64,000 nucleotides of DNA. Origin: Mobula birostris. Its lineage: Eukaryota. The translations under genes were made by a program, and so were the position numbers. Positions 1-13,727 of the stretch are shown here, one piece after another (the stretch's first letter is position 1; each line of letters opens with the position of its first letter). The stretch lies in the NCBI RefSeq assembly GCF_030028105.1, contig NC_092374.1, positions 176,786,057-176,850,056 of the forward strand. Reading direction: 5' to 3'. Below the pieces are notes generated by a model. That model saw nothing but the letters and a program-made list of their open reading frames with translations. It had not been told where the DNA came from and searched no databases.

Positions 1-241
1 AGAGGAGATGTCAGGGGTATGATTTTTACTTAGAGGGTAGTGAGTGTGTGTGGAATGGGCTGCCAGCAACGCTGTGGAGGTGGATATGATAGGGTCTTTT
101 AAGAGACTTTTAGATAGGTACATAGAGCTTCGAAAAATAGGGGGCAATGGGGATGTCTAGTAGTTTCTAAGGTAGGGACCTATATGGCACAACTTTGTGG
201 GCCGAAGGGCCTGTATTTTGCTGTAGGGTTTTCTATGTTTC
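1..241 (+). mobile_element. CR1-clade LINE 3' end
   Basis: Same C-terminal ORF2 and 3' UTR sequence as the other CR1 copies (ttttactcagagggtagtgagtg...gggccgaagggcctgta...ttctatgttt). Confidence 0.8.
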
Positions 242-2522
242 AATGCCTTTTGTTGACCTGATTTATTTTGCATTCAAACTGCTGTGATTGACTTTCCAAA
301 GTGCAATGGTTATGATAAAGGCTGCAGAAAATACTCAACAGGTCAGGCCAGGGGAATTAGCAAAGTTAAAACACAGTTCAATAGCCAGGAGCAAGAGAGC
401 TAGAATGAGGGGAAAGCTGAGCATATGTACATGAAATGAAGTGATAATTCTGCCAGACAGATAAAGGAGAGACTGAACTGTTGAAAAATTTATGGTGTCA
501 ATTCAGTAGCAAAATTGCGTCAAATTACAGTGCAGAGCAAATGTCAATTTATGAGTTCACAAGCAGCATAGATTAATTGACAGAAATCATAATAAGAAAG
601 GAAATCCAGGCGAAAGGAAGGGCTTGACTCATGCTTTTGTTTTTTTTTGTTTTGGCTGGAAATGTCAACAGAGCCCACTGAATCAGAATCAAATCTTTTT
701 TAATTATCTGTGACACGAATGAAATTTGTTGTTTTGCAGCAGCGGACAGTGTCATACATAAAACTTGTTACATTACAATAATAAATATAAAATTACATAC
801 TTATGTGAATAAATAGTACAAACAGAGAGCAAGATTGTGAGGTAGTATTCATGTATTGTGGGTCATTCAGAAATCTGATCATGGAGAGAAAGAAGCTGTT
901 CATAAAATGTTGAATGTGTATCCTGAGGCTCCTTTAACTCCTCCCTGCTGGTAATAATGAGAAGAGGACATGTCCTGGATGTTGAGTGTCTATCTTTGCA
1001 AGTAAACTATGTTGTTAAAAAAGTAGCAACTACCCTTGAAAATGCACTGTGATTTGTGATTTAATTTTATAACCTATACCTTTTCCATGATATCAAGATC
1101 AAATTGTGGAGGTGTGCAACAATGACAGAAATGAAACGAGTATCTACTGTATGCATTAGTTTTCTTAAAACACCTGAAACATTCTCTATGCACTGAAAAC
1201 ATTGTTCCTAGTCCAAGGGACAATGAAAGCTGATGTATCCCTTGACTCAGAACTTTTATATATCAAAATTAATCATGTTTGCTCCACAATAATTGAAGAA
1301 TAAGAGCATCCCAAATCAAGATATGGACACAGTGGTGCAGATAACAGAGCTGCTGAATCACGGTCAAAATCAAAGTTGAGCTTGTTGTCATAAGCACATG
1401 TGTAATGCAGAACTTGCAGCAGCATCACTGGTACATAGCGCCATCTAGTAGCATTCACAATCAAATCATAAATTAAACATAAATCACACACAGAAGAAAG
1501 AATAAAATCCATTATAGTGCAAAATAAAAAAAAAGAGTGGTCATTGTGTGGCCAAACTTAATTGATGAATAATACGGATCCCAGCACCATGCCCATGGTA
1601 CACCACTAGTCACAAGCTTCCAACCACAAAAACAGCCAGCCACTATTACTCTCTGTTAAACCAGTTTTGGGATTAAATTTGTTATCTTGCTGTAGGTCAT
1701 CTATTCTCATCTTTTGCCTAGTCACTCTTGTGAGCCTTGCCAAATGCCTTAATCAAGTCCATATAGAAGGAATTACTGCTACAGGAAATGTCTCATATGT
1801 TGTACAGAGAAAAAAGGCTATAATTGAGCATGAGATGATGACCACAACCTGCAAATACACATTTGTGATTTGCTGCCATCCAGGTAGCCTGGTCAGCCAA
1901 GGCACAAGTTCTCTCTGGTCTCCAAACACGTACTGGTCAGTAGGATGACTGTTTTCTTCTCAAGGAGGTATGATGTTTGCCACAATTTACAGCCCCCAAA
2001 TATTGTGCAGTCACATAAATTATGCACAAAATTTAGGTCCTGCTCTGCAACTTTCTCAATAACTTTGACTTGCCATTGCATACCTCACCTTATGTACAAT
2101 TTTGTGGGTAGAACTCCCAAAGTTCATCAGGAATTGCCAATTTTAATTAAAAATTCCTAGGGTCCCACTGATAATATTTGTCTGATTTTACATCAGAGAA
2201 GGGATCATTTCACCCTTCAAGTCTAATCTGGCTCTGAGATCACCTCAGGCACAACTTAATTTAAATTTATATCAAAGGTTTCAAAGGTACATTTAATGTC
2301 AGTGTAACATATAAAATATACATCCTGAAATATTTTTCACGACCATCCACAAAAACAGAGGGGTGCCTCAAAGAATGGATGACAATTAAATGTCAGAACC
2401 CCAAAGCTCCACCCAGCTCCCCCCTCCAACACGTAAGCAGCAACAAAGCAATGACCCCACCTCCCCAAAAGCAAAAATACCGTTTAATTAATATTGTTAA
2501 CTAATCAAAAGTACTGTTCATA

Positions 2523-2717
2523 NNNNNNNNNNNNNNNNNNNNNNNNNNNNNNNNNNNNNNNNNNNNNNNNNNNNNNNNNNNNNNNNNNNNNNNNNNNNNN
2601 NNNNNNNNNNNNNNNNNNNNNNNNNNNNNNNNNNNNNNNNNNNNNNNNNNNNNNNNNNNNNNNNNNNNNNNNNNNNNNNNNNNNNNNNNNNNNNNNNNNN
2701 NNNNNNNNNNNNNNNNN
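2523..2717. other. Assembly gap (195 N)
   Basis: Run of N characters. Confidence 1.
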
Positions 2718-3319
2718 TTATGGTTTTTTATATATCATAATGTACTGTGATATAATTTTCTTTAAATTGCACTGTACTACTGCTGCAAACCAATGAATTT
2801 CATGACATATGCCAATGACATTAACCCTAATTCCTACCAGTCAGCTGCATTAAGGGTAATTTATAATGACTGATCTCCTAATAGCCAGAATATTCCTGGA
2901 ATAGAGAAGAAGTCAGAACCCAAGGGGAAATCTATGTATGCACAACAAAAGTGTAAAAACTCCACACAGGCAGCTGTTGAACCCTGTGGCTGGAGCTGTG
3001 AAGCAGCCAGACTACCGGCAGCATCATTACACTGTCAGTTAGTGCAGTTACAGTGGCAGATTCTCATCCCTTGCTCATTCCCTCCAAGTATTTGTGGGGT
3101 CACAGACGCATAACAAGAGCATGGAAACAGGCTCTTCAGCCCACAGCTTCAGTACCAATCAACATACACCCATTTTCACATTGAAGTAATGTACTTCTGC
3201 ACAAATTCCCCCTTACCTATTGTTCTGCCCAGCTATGTAACCTCTTCAAGATTTTTTTTGAAGGTTTTGAAATCTCTGTACCCCTAATCCTGAGCAATTG
3301 CACACCCTATGTTTCACAC

Positions 3320-3655
3320 CAGAACAACAGCATGACAGTGTAGTAGTTAATGCAATGTAAGTGATCAGATAAATAGGGTTCAATTCTCTCTGCTCTCTAT
3401 AAGGAGTCTGTACATTCTTCCCATGACTGCATGGACTTCCTCTAGGTGCTTCTGTTTCCTCCAACGTAGCAGAGTCAAATGTGTTAGGGTTAGTAAATTG
3501 TGGCCATGCTATGTTGGCATAGGAATCATGATGACAATTTTGAAATGCCCCAGCGCATCTTTGGACTAGGTTAATTGTTGATGCTAACAACATATTTCAC
3601 TGGATGTGTTGATCTTCAAATATACATGTGACAATAAATCTAATCTTTATTTTTA
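3320..3655 (+). mobile_element. V-SINE/HE1-like tRNA-derived SINE, degenerate; related copies at ~35868-36110 (+), ~37040-37290 (+), ~43690-43895 (-) and ~56930-57110 (-)
   Basis: Box-B-like gggttcaattc, then the V-domain-like ggagtctgtacattcttcccatgactgcatggacttcctctaggtgcttctgtttcctcc, and a tail catgtgacaataaa. Confidence 0.6.
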
Positions 3656-3809
3656 TCTTCATTCTACCACATCATTTATTATTCTTCTCAACAACCACAT
3701 CTTTCACAACCACTCCAATGTCACCATTCCCTTTCACCCCAGTCCCATTCACCTTCTTCAGCCTCTTCCCGTTCCCCACTTCTTGACCCCTCCCTCCATC
3801 CCTTTCTAT

Positions 3810-4680
3810 GCTTTCTGTGAAGCAGGAATTGTTCGCAAGCTATTTGGAAAACAACATTAAGAAAGCTGCAGGCCCTGATGCTGTCTCACCTAGTAACTCT
3901 AAGGCACTGTGCAAACAACTAGCATCGGTCTTCACACCTCTCTGCAACTATGCAAAGTTTGGACTGCCTTCAAGTTGCTACAATTATGCCCGTTCCCAAG
4001 AATGACAAGATCACTAGATTTCATGATTATAGGCCAGTCACTCTGACTTCAGAATATATGAAAACCTTTGAATGTCTGGCCTGCCTTAAGTCCATGATTG
4101 ATCCTCTTATTAACCACTACAGTTTGCTTTAGAGCAAATTGCTCAGTTGAGGATGCAGCTAATTTGTGCCTTCATTACATTCTTCAACATTTGCATTCCT
4201 CCCGTCACCTCTGTGAGGACCCTGTTTGTGGATTTTAACTCCACCTTCAAGACTTTTGTTCCAGAGTTGCTCCACAGCAAACTAACGCAGCTAGCTGTAC
4301 TCTACAGTATCTGTCAGTGGATTACAAACTTGCACAAGCTCTCCCCAAGTTTGTGTTCTTTTACCTCTCCTGTTCTCACTTCACATAAATGAAGGTACAT
4401 CCACAGACAAATCCATTAAAATCCTAAAGTTTACAGATCACATGACTGTAATTGTTCTTATCTCTAATAATGATGCGATCTGCTATCAAAGAGAAGTAGA
4501 CCTTCTTGCAAAATGGTATGTTCATAACAACTTGGTGCTTAATATTTTCAAGACAGTGGAAATGAGGATTAACTTCAGACAACATCCCCCCAACCTACCC
4601 TCTACCCTTGGAAATTAATGGTCAGGCATTGTCTGTGATCGAATCATTCAAAATCTTGGGGACTACCAATGCCAACACAT
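3810..4680 (+). mobile_element. Rex1/Babar-like LINE RT fragment, degenerate
   Basis: KKAAGPDAV; TIMPVPK...DYRPVTLTS..MKTFE; VRTLFVDFNSTF. Confidence 0.7.
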
Positions 4681-4719
4681 TGATGTGTGACAAGCAGATC
4701 ACACTCCTCACCGAAATAA

Positions 4720-5230
4720 AAAAAGTAGTGAGGTAGTGTTCATGGGTTCAATGTCAGAGGGGAAGAACCTGTTCCTGAATCGCTGAGTGTGTGTGTTCAG
4801 CCTTCCTTACCTTCTTCCTGATGATAACAGTGTGAAGAGGGAATGTACTGGGTGGTGGGGATCTTTAATGATGGATGCCACCTACCAAAGTTAGCTCTCC
4901 ATGCTACATTTGTAGAAATTTCTGAGTATTTTAGCTGACAAACCAAATCGCCTCAAGCTGCTAAAGAAATATGGCCATTATCTTGCCTTCTTTATAGCTG
5001 TGAACAGGTTAATTCCTCAGAGATATTGACACCCAGCAACTTGAAATTGCTTACCATCTCCACTTCTGTTCCCTCTAAGGGAACTGGCTTTTGTTCCCCT
5101 GTTTTATCCTTCCTGCAGCCCAAAATTAGCTCTTTGGTTTCGGTAGCGTTGAGTGTAAAGTTGTTGTTGCGACACCACTCAACTAATTGGTGTATCTCAC
5201 TCCTATACACTCTTTTGTCACTGTCTGAAA
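4720..5230 (-). mobile_element. Rex1/Babar-like LINE RT C-terminal fragment
   Basis: ORF 4992..5210 YRSEIHQLVEWCRNNNFTLNATETKELI...VSNFKLLGVNISEEL. Confidence 0.7.
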
Positions 5231-5843
5231 TTCTGCCAACAATTAAGCCAATTAATTTAGTTAATAATTAATGAGAGTGTTTTTCAATAAGTTCTAATAA
5301 GTAAAGAAACATGTTGCAGTCTATTTATGTATAGGTTGCAGTCTGTATAACACACTTGGGATATTTTTAACTTTGTGGTAAGGGGAACATAGAACAAAAC
5401 AGAGAACATTGAAATCTACAGCACATTACATGCAATAGAATTTCCCCAGCACAGAACCATCTATTTTTCTAAGCTCCATGTACCTATCTAAAAGGCTTGT
5501 AAAGACCGTATTATATCCGCTTCCACCACCACCACCGGCAATGCATTCCACGCACCCACCACTCTCTGTGTGAAAAAATTACCCCTGGCATCCCCTCGAT
5601 ACTTATTTCCAAGCACCTTATATCTATGCCCTCTCATGTTAGCACTTTGAGCCCTGGGGAAAAAGCCACTGGCTATCCACATGTTCAATGCTCCTCATTA
5701 TCTTATACACCTCTATCAGGTCACCTCTTATCCTTCGTTGCTCCAAGGAGAAAAGGCCAAAGTCACTCAAACTACTCTCATAAGGTACACCCGCCAATGC
5801 AGGCAGCATCCTTGTAAATCTCCTCTGCAGTCTATCTATAGTA

Positions 5844-6603
5844 TCCACATCCTTCCTGTAGTCAGATGACCAGAACTGAACACAGTACTACAAATGGGGT
5901 CTGACCAAGATCTTATATAGCTGTAACATTACGTCAAGGATCTTGAAGTTAATCCCATGACTGATGAATGCCAACACACCATATGCCTCCTTAACCACAC
6001 TGTAAACCTGCTCAACAACTTTGAGTCGCTGCAGAAAAGGAGGAAGTCATGGAGAGATTATCTACTGAGTCAGTGTGGGTGGAAATTAAAAACAGGAAAG
6101 GGGCAATAATTCTATGGGGTATTTTTTATAGACCTCCCAATAGTAACAATGATATTGAGGAGCTGATAGGGAGGCAGATTCTGGAACAGTGGAATAATAA
6201 CAGGGTTGTTGTGATGGGAGATTTTACTTTCCCTAATATTGATTGGCATCTCCTTAATGCAAGCGGTTCAGATGGGGTGGAGTTTGTTAGGTGTATTCAG
6301 GAAGGTTTCCATACACAATATGTAGATAAGCCAGCTAGCGGAGAGGCTGTACCTGATCTGGTAATGGGAAATGAACCTGGTCAGGTGTCAGTTCCCATGG
6401 TGGGAGAGCATTTTAGAGGCTCCACATCCTTCCTGTAGTCAGATGACCAGAACTGAACACAGTACTACAAATGGGGTCTGACCAAGATCTTATATAGCTG
6501 TAACATTACGTCAAGGATCTTGAAGTTAATCCCATGACTGATGAATGCCAACACACCATATGCCTCCTTAACAACACTGTAAACCTGCTCAGCAACTTTG
6601 AGT
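5844..6603. repeat. 183-bp direct repeat pair (5844-6026 and 6421-6603)
   Basis: tccacatccttcctgtagtcagatgacc...caactttgagt occurs twice, with 2 mismatches seen. Confidence 0.93.
6027..6420 (+). mobile_element. Inverted CR1 APE-endonuclease fragment
   Basis: ORF 6049..6438 ESVWVEIKNRKG...GIFYRPPNS...VVVMGDFTFPNIDW; flanked by 183-bp direct repeats. Confidence 0.88.
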
Positions 6604-7191
6604 GTCCTATGAACATGGACCTCAAGATCTTGCTGATCCTCCACACTGCCAAGTGTCTTACCATTAATCTTATATTCTATCTTCAAATTTGACCTACCAC
6701 AATGAACCATTTCACACTTATCTAAGTTGAAGGCCATCTGCCAATTCTCAACCCAGTTCTGCATCCTATCAATGTCCCGCTGTCACCTCTAACTAACCTC
6801 CAGACTATCCACAACACCCTGATCCTTTTTGTCATCAGCAAACTTACTAACCCACTGTTCTACACTCTTCATCCAGGTCATTTATGAAAATCACAAAAAG
6901 GAGGGGTCCCAGAACAGATCCCTGTGGAACACCACTGGCGCTGACCTCCATGCAGAATACAAATTATCTACAACTGCCCTTTATCTTCCGTGGAAAGGAT
7001 CCACAAAGCAATGTCTCCTTGGAGCCCATGCCTCCTTACATTCTGAGGGAGCCTTGCATGGGGAAACTTATCAAATGTCTTACTGAAATCCATATATACT
7101 ACATCCAGTGCTCTACCTTCCTCAATGTGTTTTGTTACTTCCTTAAGGAGGTAAGGCATGACCTGCCCTTGACAAAGCCATGCTGACTGTC

Positions 7192-9602
7192 TCATGGATC
7201 CATAATGCATTCATAAATCTGGTCACTGAGGTTAGAAATTGTTCCTAAGACATTGATCATGGGTCTTCAGGCTTTTGTGCTCCCTCCCCGATAGTAAAAA
7301 TGAACAGAAGGCATATCTCAAATAGTGAAGGAGCTTACTGAGCACAGCCTCTTAAAGATATCCTTGATGGTGGGGAGGGCGGTGATCATGATGCAGCCTC
7401 TTTTAAATTGGTGCAATGGAGCCAGGGTGTAATGCAGCCAGTCAGAATACTTTCCAACATATATTGAAAGAAATGTGCCAGAGACTTTGGTGACAGAGCA
7501 ATTCTCAAACTAGTAATGAAGTAGAACTACAATGCATTGGGCTGAGGATAGATCTGCTGAAGTTTGACACCTAGAAACTTGGATGTCTCAGAAGCAGGAA
7601 TGGCTGCTGAGTGTGCCGGGCTTCAGATGTTTCAAAAAGGACAGAGAGGGAGGCAAAAGAAGTGGGGGTGTGGCATTGTTAATTAGGGATAGTGACAATC
7701 CTTCAGCCATGCATTTACCTTCCACCTCATTCCATTCCTATACCCACTGTTTTGTGGCACAGGCAGCAATCCTACCTTCTCAGCTTCCTTCCTAACTCCC
7801 TGTATTCTTATTTCTGAACCGCCAAACTTTTTCTGCCTATTTCATTGATACCAATATTCACCATGACCTCTGGTTGCTCACACTCCCATTTCAGGATATT
7901 GTGGACGCACTGAGAAACATTACGAACCTTGACACCTGGGAGGTAAACTATCATCCTTGTTTCTTTTTTGTGCCCACAGAATCACCTATCTGTCAGCTAA
8001 CTATAGTGTCACCTATTACCATTACCATCCTTGTCCATTCCCTACTCTCTGGCCACCGTTGCTTCCCCCAATGACACTAAAATGTAGCATATTGTTAAGG
8101 GGGACAGCCTTAGTGTTGCTCTTCACTACCTGATACCGTCTCTTCCCTCTCCTTATGGTCATCCACTTATCTGTCTCCTGTGGCCCTGGGGTGACAACCT
8201 GCCTGTAGCTCCTGTCTATCACCTCCTCACTCTCCCTAACAAGCTGAAGGTCATCGAGCTGCATCTCCAGTTCCCTAACATAGAACATAGAGCAATACCT
8301 CCGCATCCCTCCCATTATGGGGTGACAAAAAGTGAATACAATACTTCAGATTTGTCCTTAAATGTTCCAGAAGTGGCATTGGTAAGCAACATTGTCAGAA
8401 TGCCCCTCTAGTAACTTTGAAAAATCTTGAAATAATTAGCATAATGGCTAATTATTTCATAGAATTCAGATAACATTGAGGTATTAGATCTCAACAAGAA
8501 CAATACTGATTTTCTGCACTAAATTTAAAATTGCACTCATTGTTGCTTCAGTCCATGTGTAAGTTACAGTCAATAATTATTTCAAAATTCATTTGTCCAG
8601 AACTAGAGTGCTTGGGTTAAAGTTGATAGGTGAAATATTTAGAAAAGGTCCTGAGGGGCAAATTCTTTCTGCATTGGGAAGAGCATACACAGCATGAACT
8701 GCCAGGTAAATTGGTTTATTGACAGTAGGTACAATAACATTTCAAAGGTTCAAGGCTTCAAATGTCCAATTTAATGTCAGAGAGATGTACACAATATACG
8801 TCCTGAAATGATTTTTCTTTGCAAACATCCACAAAAGCAGAGAAGTGCCCCAAAGAATGAATGACAAACTTATGTTAGAACCTAAAAGTCCCCCTCAGCT
8901 CCCCTTCCTCCCAATCATAAACATTTAAAATATATTTAAAATGAAAAGTGTTTGTATAAGAGCTGTTTACAGGGATATAGGACAAACATGAGCAAATGGC
9001 ATTAGCCTTTGACTAGCACAATGGTCATCATGGACAAGATGGTTGAAGGTCCTGTTTCCAGAAATAGAGTCAGAATCAGGTTTACTAACATTGACTTGTT
9101 TTGTGAAATTTGTTGCTTTGTCGTAGCAGTCCAGTACAAGACTTAAAAAAGTCCCATACATTACAAAAAAATAAAAAATGCAAACAGTAATGATGAAATC
9201 ATGTTCATGGATCCATAATGCATTCATAAATCTGGTGACTGAGGTTAGAAATTGTTCCTAAGACATTGATCATGGGTCTTCAGGCTTTTGTGCTCCCTCC
9301 CCGATAGTAAAAATGAACAGAAGGCATATCTCAAATAGTGAAGGAGCTTACTGAGCACAGCCTCTTAAAGATATCCTTGATGGTGGGGAGGGCAGTGATC
9401 ATGATGCAGCCTCTTTTAAATTGGTGCAATGGAGCCAGGGTGTAATGCAGCCAGTCAGAATACTTTCCAACATATATTGAAAGAAATGTGCCAGAGACTC
9501 ATTTCTTCAAAAATGTGCCAGAGTCTCAAACTAGTAATGAAGTAGAACTACAATGCATTGGGCTGAGGATAGATCTGCTGAAGTTTGACACCTAGAAACT
9601 TG
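7192..9602. repeat. ~390-bp near-identical direct repeat pair (7192-7581 and 9205-9602)
   Basis: tcatggatccataatgcattc...gacacctagaaacttg occurs twice. They differ by 2 substitutions plus one short replaced segment after gtgccagagact. Confidence 0.93.
7582..8290. mobile_element. CR1 fragments: endonuclease N-terminal piece (+, 7582-7696) and ORF1 piece (-, ~7860-8290)
   Basis: [32 protein letters not shown] on the plus strand; [32 protein letters not shown] on the minus strand. Confidence 0.8.
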
Positions 9603-9730
9603 ATGCTGCTCTCCCTTTCATCCACTGAACCCTCACTGATGGCTGGTGCATGTTCTCCTGACATGCCCTTCCCAAGTTACAGTTGGTTTATTGTTCTTTC
9701 TGATAATGAGTGCAAAGCTGTTATGCTACC
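9060..9730 (-). mobile_element. Rex1/Babar-like LINE 3' fragment (source of the 7192-7581 copy)
   Basis: Shares the tail (agagtcagaatcaggtt...tcatggacc) and the RT C-terminal sequence seen in the other copies. Confidence 0.6.
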
Positions 9731-10269
9731 GCAGTCCGATACAACACAGTATTGCCATCTGAGGTTCAGAAGCCCAGGTCTTAAAGCTTGCTGATAAGCA
9801 CTAAAGGGGTAACATAGTTGAACTCTGAACAGTAATTGGTCAGCAGCAGCCTGTCGTATGTTTTGATGTTATCTTGGTGCTCCAAATCAGAGTGAAGCAG
9901 CAGTGAGAATTTAGATGCTGAGACCTGGTGTAGCAGTAGGCAAAATGCACCACATCCAGGTCATTGCTCAGATAGCAGTTATTTCCAGCCAAGACCTACT
10001 TCACAAAGCACTTCATCACACTGGATGTGAGTGCAACCAAGCAGTAATGACTTAGGCAGCACACTTTGTTCTTCTGGGGCATCGGTATGATTGCTGTCCC
10101 TTTGAAGCAGTGAGAGTTTATTGAAGATGTACCTGAGAACTCCATCCTGGTTTTTAGTAGCCAGTCAGATACATAGTTAAGACTGTTTGGAGTTTCACCC
10201 TTTTGAGGAATAGATATTCTGGCATTGGAATCCTAATAGGGTCATGGGATGCTGTGGGGATTTATATAG

Positions 10270-11570
10270 AATATAAGATATAGGAGCAAATTAGACCATG
10301 TGGCCTATCGAGTCTGCACTGCTATTTCATCATGGCTGATCTATTTTGCCTCTCAACTCAGCCCCAATCTTTTGCCTTCCACCCATATCTCTTCATGCTC
10401 CAGCTAATCAAGAACCTAATCTCTGCCTAACATGTATATAAAGACATGTACATAAAGCTGCCTGTGGCAATGAATTCTACAGATTCACCACTCTCTGGCT
10501 AAGGAAATTCCTCCTTATTTCCATTCTAAAAGGATGACACTCTATTCTGAGGCTGAATACCCTAGTCTTAGACTCTTCCATCATAAGAAACATCCTCTCC
10601 ACATCCATTCTATCAAGGCCTTTCACCATTCAATAGTTTTCTATTTGTAATCCATTCTTCTGAATTCCAGTGAATACAGACATAGAGCCATGAAACACTC
10701 TTCATAAGACAAGCCATTTAATCCTGGAATCATTTTTGTGAATTTCCATTGGCTCCTCTCCAGTTTCATCATACCCTTTCTAAGATAAGGGATCTAAAAC
10801 TGCTCACAGTACTGCAAGTGAGGCTTTGACAGTTATTTATGAAGTCTCAACATTACATCCTTCCTTTATATTCTAATCCTCTTGAAATGAATGCTAACAT
10901 CATAATTGCCTTCCTTGCTAGAGTATCAACCTGCAAATTAATCTTTAGGGAATCCTACACAAGGACTCCCAAACCCCTTTGTGCCTCAGATTTTTGTACT
11001 TTCTCTCCACTTATAAAATGGGCAACCTTTTCATTTCTTCAACCGAAGTGCATTACCATGCATTTCCTGACACTGTATTCCATCTGCCACTTCTTTGCCA
11101 ATTGTCCTAATCTGTCCTTCTGTAGTCTTTCTATTTCCTCAAAATTACCTGGCCCTCCACCTATCTTCAAATTGTCTGAAAACTTTGCAAAAAGGCCATT
11201 GTCCAAATCATTGACATTTAATGTAAAAAGGGACGGTCCCAAAGGACACCTGTGGATCACCTCTTGAAAAGGCTCTGGTTTATTCCCACACTTTGTCTCC
11301 TGTCAATCAGCCACAGCTTTCTCCATGCTAGAAAGTTCCTGTAATACCATGGCGCTTCCTGTAGGGCACCTTGTCAAAGGCCTTCTGAAAATCCAAGCAT
11401 ACAACATCATCCGGTTCTCCTTTGTCTATCCTGTTCGTCATTTTTTCAAAGAATTCCAGCAGATTTTTCAAACAAGGTTTTCTCTTGAAGAAACTATGTT
11501 GACTATGGCCTGTTTTATCATTTGCCTCCAAGTATCCCGAAACAATATCCTCAACAATCAACCCCAAAAT
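10270..11570 (-). mobile_element. CR1 LINE (second subfamily) 3' portion
   Basis: ORFs 11328..11567 ([15 protein letters not shown]) and 11039..11260 (FSDNLKIGG...KCMVMHFG). Confidence 0.82.
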
Positions 11571-12829
11571 CTAATATGGTCTGGGATGCTTAAAGAATAT
11601 TTCTTGATTGTAAGGCCACCATTTGTTTGATTTTTCTTGCAGAAATGCTGAGCTTGATACCAGGTTTCCTGAATTTGTCTGTAATCCATATCAGGCTGTT
11701 GAACAATTAGCCATCCTGTCCTTTAGCTGAGTGTTTAACAGTGTGGGTAGGGTGTGTGCAATCTCCTGTTAATGAATAATAGCTTTTCTACATTCCATGT
11801 GGAAGTTTAAAGGACTTTAGGTCAATCATGTAAGAAGTATTACTAGCTCTTTACAACTGATATCCTTGGCATTATCTTTATTTTGATTGCATATTGTTTC
11901 TTTATTTTGATTTCATATCTATTATTATAGATTACATATTAGATTTAGTTTGTCTTTGCTTGTTATGTATAATTTTTCATAAAATTCTATTGTCTTTCTT
12001 TCAACTGTAATGATTCTCAAGAAAGTATATGCTGATATGTATGTACTTTGATACTAAAATTACTTTGAACTTTGAATTTACCGTGGATACGAACACTCCT
12101 TGAAGCTAAAACAGAGCAAGAATTCATTGCACTTTTACCAGGACAAAGAGATTTTTAAAAATCTGCATCATTGCAGTTTCCATCATTATGTAATGGAAAA
12201 CATCTTAATTATAGTTTAGTGAATCAAGTATGGCATGGACAAATATTGATAGAAAATAAATAGGTTCATACATGATAAATGTTGATTAAGGCAAAGTAGT
12301 CATATAATTCTGAATGGGGGTGGGAAGCAGTTGTATCAGGAACCTATTATCTGCATTCGCGATATCAACAATCAAGTTAATATGTGTTTTATTATCAAAT
12401 TATTACATATTATAGTCCTTACACATTTCTACAGTCCTTTTAGACCAGTCTTCTCATCTGTTAAAGGATCACGCCATTGCACTCCTGTTCCCTAGTGTCT
12501 GGAGATATGTATTTCAATGTTCAAGCTGCATTATTAATACAAATTTGTTCTTCCTCACATTAAAATGTGGAGTTTTTTATTTGAGAACAAAGGTAGAGGT
12601 GTTCTACAAAAGTAGATAGCCATCAATAGCAGCCTTTGCAGTTGTCAAACTCATCAATTCAAATAAAAACAGAAAATGTAGGAAATACACAGCAAGTCAG
12701 GCTACCTCAGGAGAAAGAGAAAAAGAGCACACATTTCAGGATGATAGGCATTTCATAAGGGCCACTCAAACAGAAATGTTAGCTTTGCTTCTGCTAATTA
12801 ACTCTGCTGACAATACTACATTAATTAGC

Positions 12830-13650
12830 CTTATCTCAAATAAGAATGAGGCAGCCTACAGAGAAGAAGTCATCACCCTGACATAGGGATGTCAAGAAAA
12901 CAGCCTCTCCCTCAATGTTGCAAAAACAAAGGAGCTGGTTGTGAACTACCAAAGGAGCTGGTTGTGAAGAAATTAAGACTGGCTAACCCCCATTGATATC
13001 AATGGATCTGGGGTCGAGAGGGTGAACAGCTTTAATTTCCTCGGCATACACATCACTAAGGATTTCAATGGTCTGTATGGCTGTGTGGTGAAAAAAGCAC
13101 ATCAGTGCCTCTTTCAACTTAGATGGTTGAAGAAGATAGGCATGAGTCCCCAAATCCTAAGGACTTCTACAGGGGCACAATTGAGAGTATCCTGACTGGC
13201 TGTATCACTGCCTGGTATGGGAACTGTACTTCCCTCATTCACAGGACTCTGCAGAGAGTGGTGTGGACAGTCCAGTGCATCTGTAGATGTGAATTTAGCA
13301 CTATTCAGGACATTTAGAGACAGGTGCATAAAAAGGGCCCGAAGTATTTTCGGGGACCCGTGTCACCCCAACCACAAACTGTTCCAGCTGCTACCATCCG
13401 GGAAAAGATACCACAGCATTAAAGCCAGGACTAACAGGCTCCAGGACAGCTTCTTCCACCAGGCCATCAGACTGATTAATTCACACTGACACAATTGTAT
13501 TTCTATGCTATATTGACTGTCCCATTGTACATACTATTTATTACAAACTACTATAAATTGTACATTGCACATTTAGATAGAGACGTAACTTAAAGATTTT
13601 TACTCATGTATTTGAAGGATATAAGAAATAAAGTCAATCCAATTCAATTG
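12830..13650 (+). mobile_element. Rex1/Babar-like LINE 3' end
   Basis: FYRGTIESILTGCITAWYGNC (DUF1891-like); GDPCHPNHKLFQLLPSGKRY...RLQDSFF; AT-rich tail with aataaagtcaat. Confidence 0.72.
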
Positions 13651-13727
13651 AACTCAATTCTTCCTACAGATGTTGTCTGACCCACTGAGTTAGGGAAATT
13701 AATTTGCTAAGGAAACTCGCTTAAAAT

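Larger units (their letters stand above)
5386..7191 (-). mobile_element. CR1 LINE 3' portion (RT C-terminus and tail), interrupted by an inverted insert at 6027-6420
   Basis: ORFs 5488..5688, 5639..5848, 6465..6764 and 6968..7210 match CR1 RT ([16 protein letters not shown]; LYKILVRPHL); catagaac tail at 5386. Confidence 0.88.

Noticed and set aside
2494-2796. 100-aa ORF
   Set aside because: Artefact of translating through the N gap.
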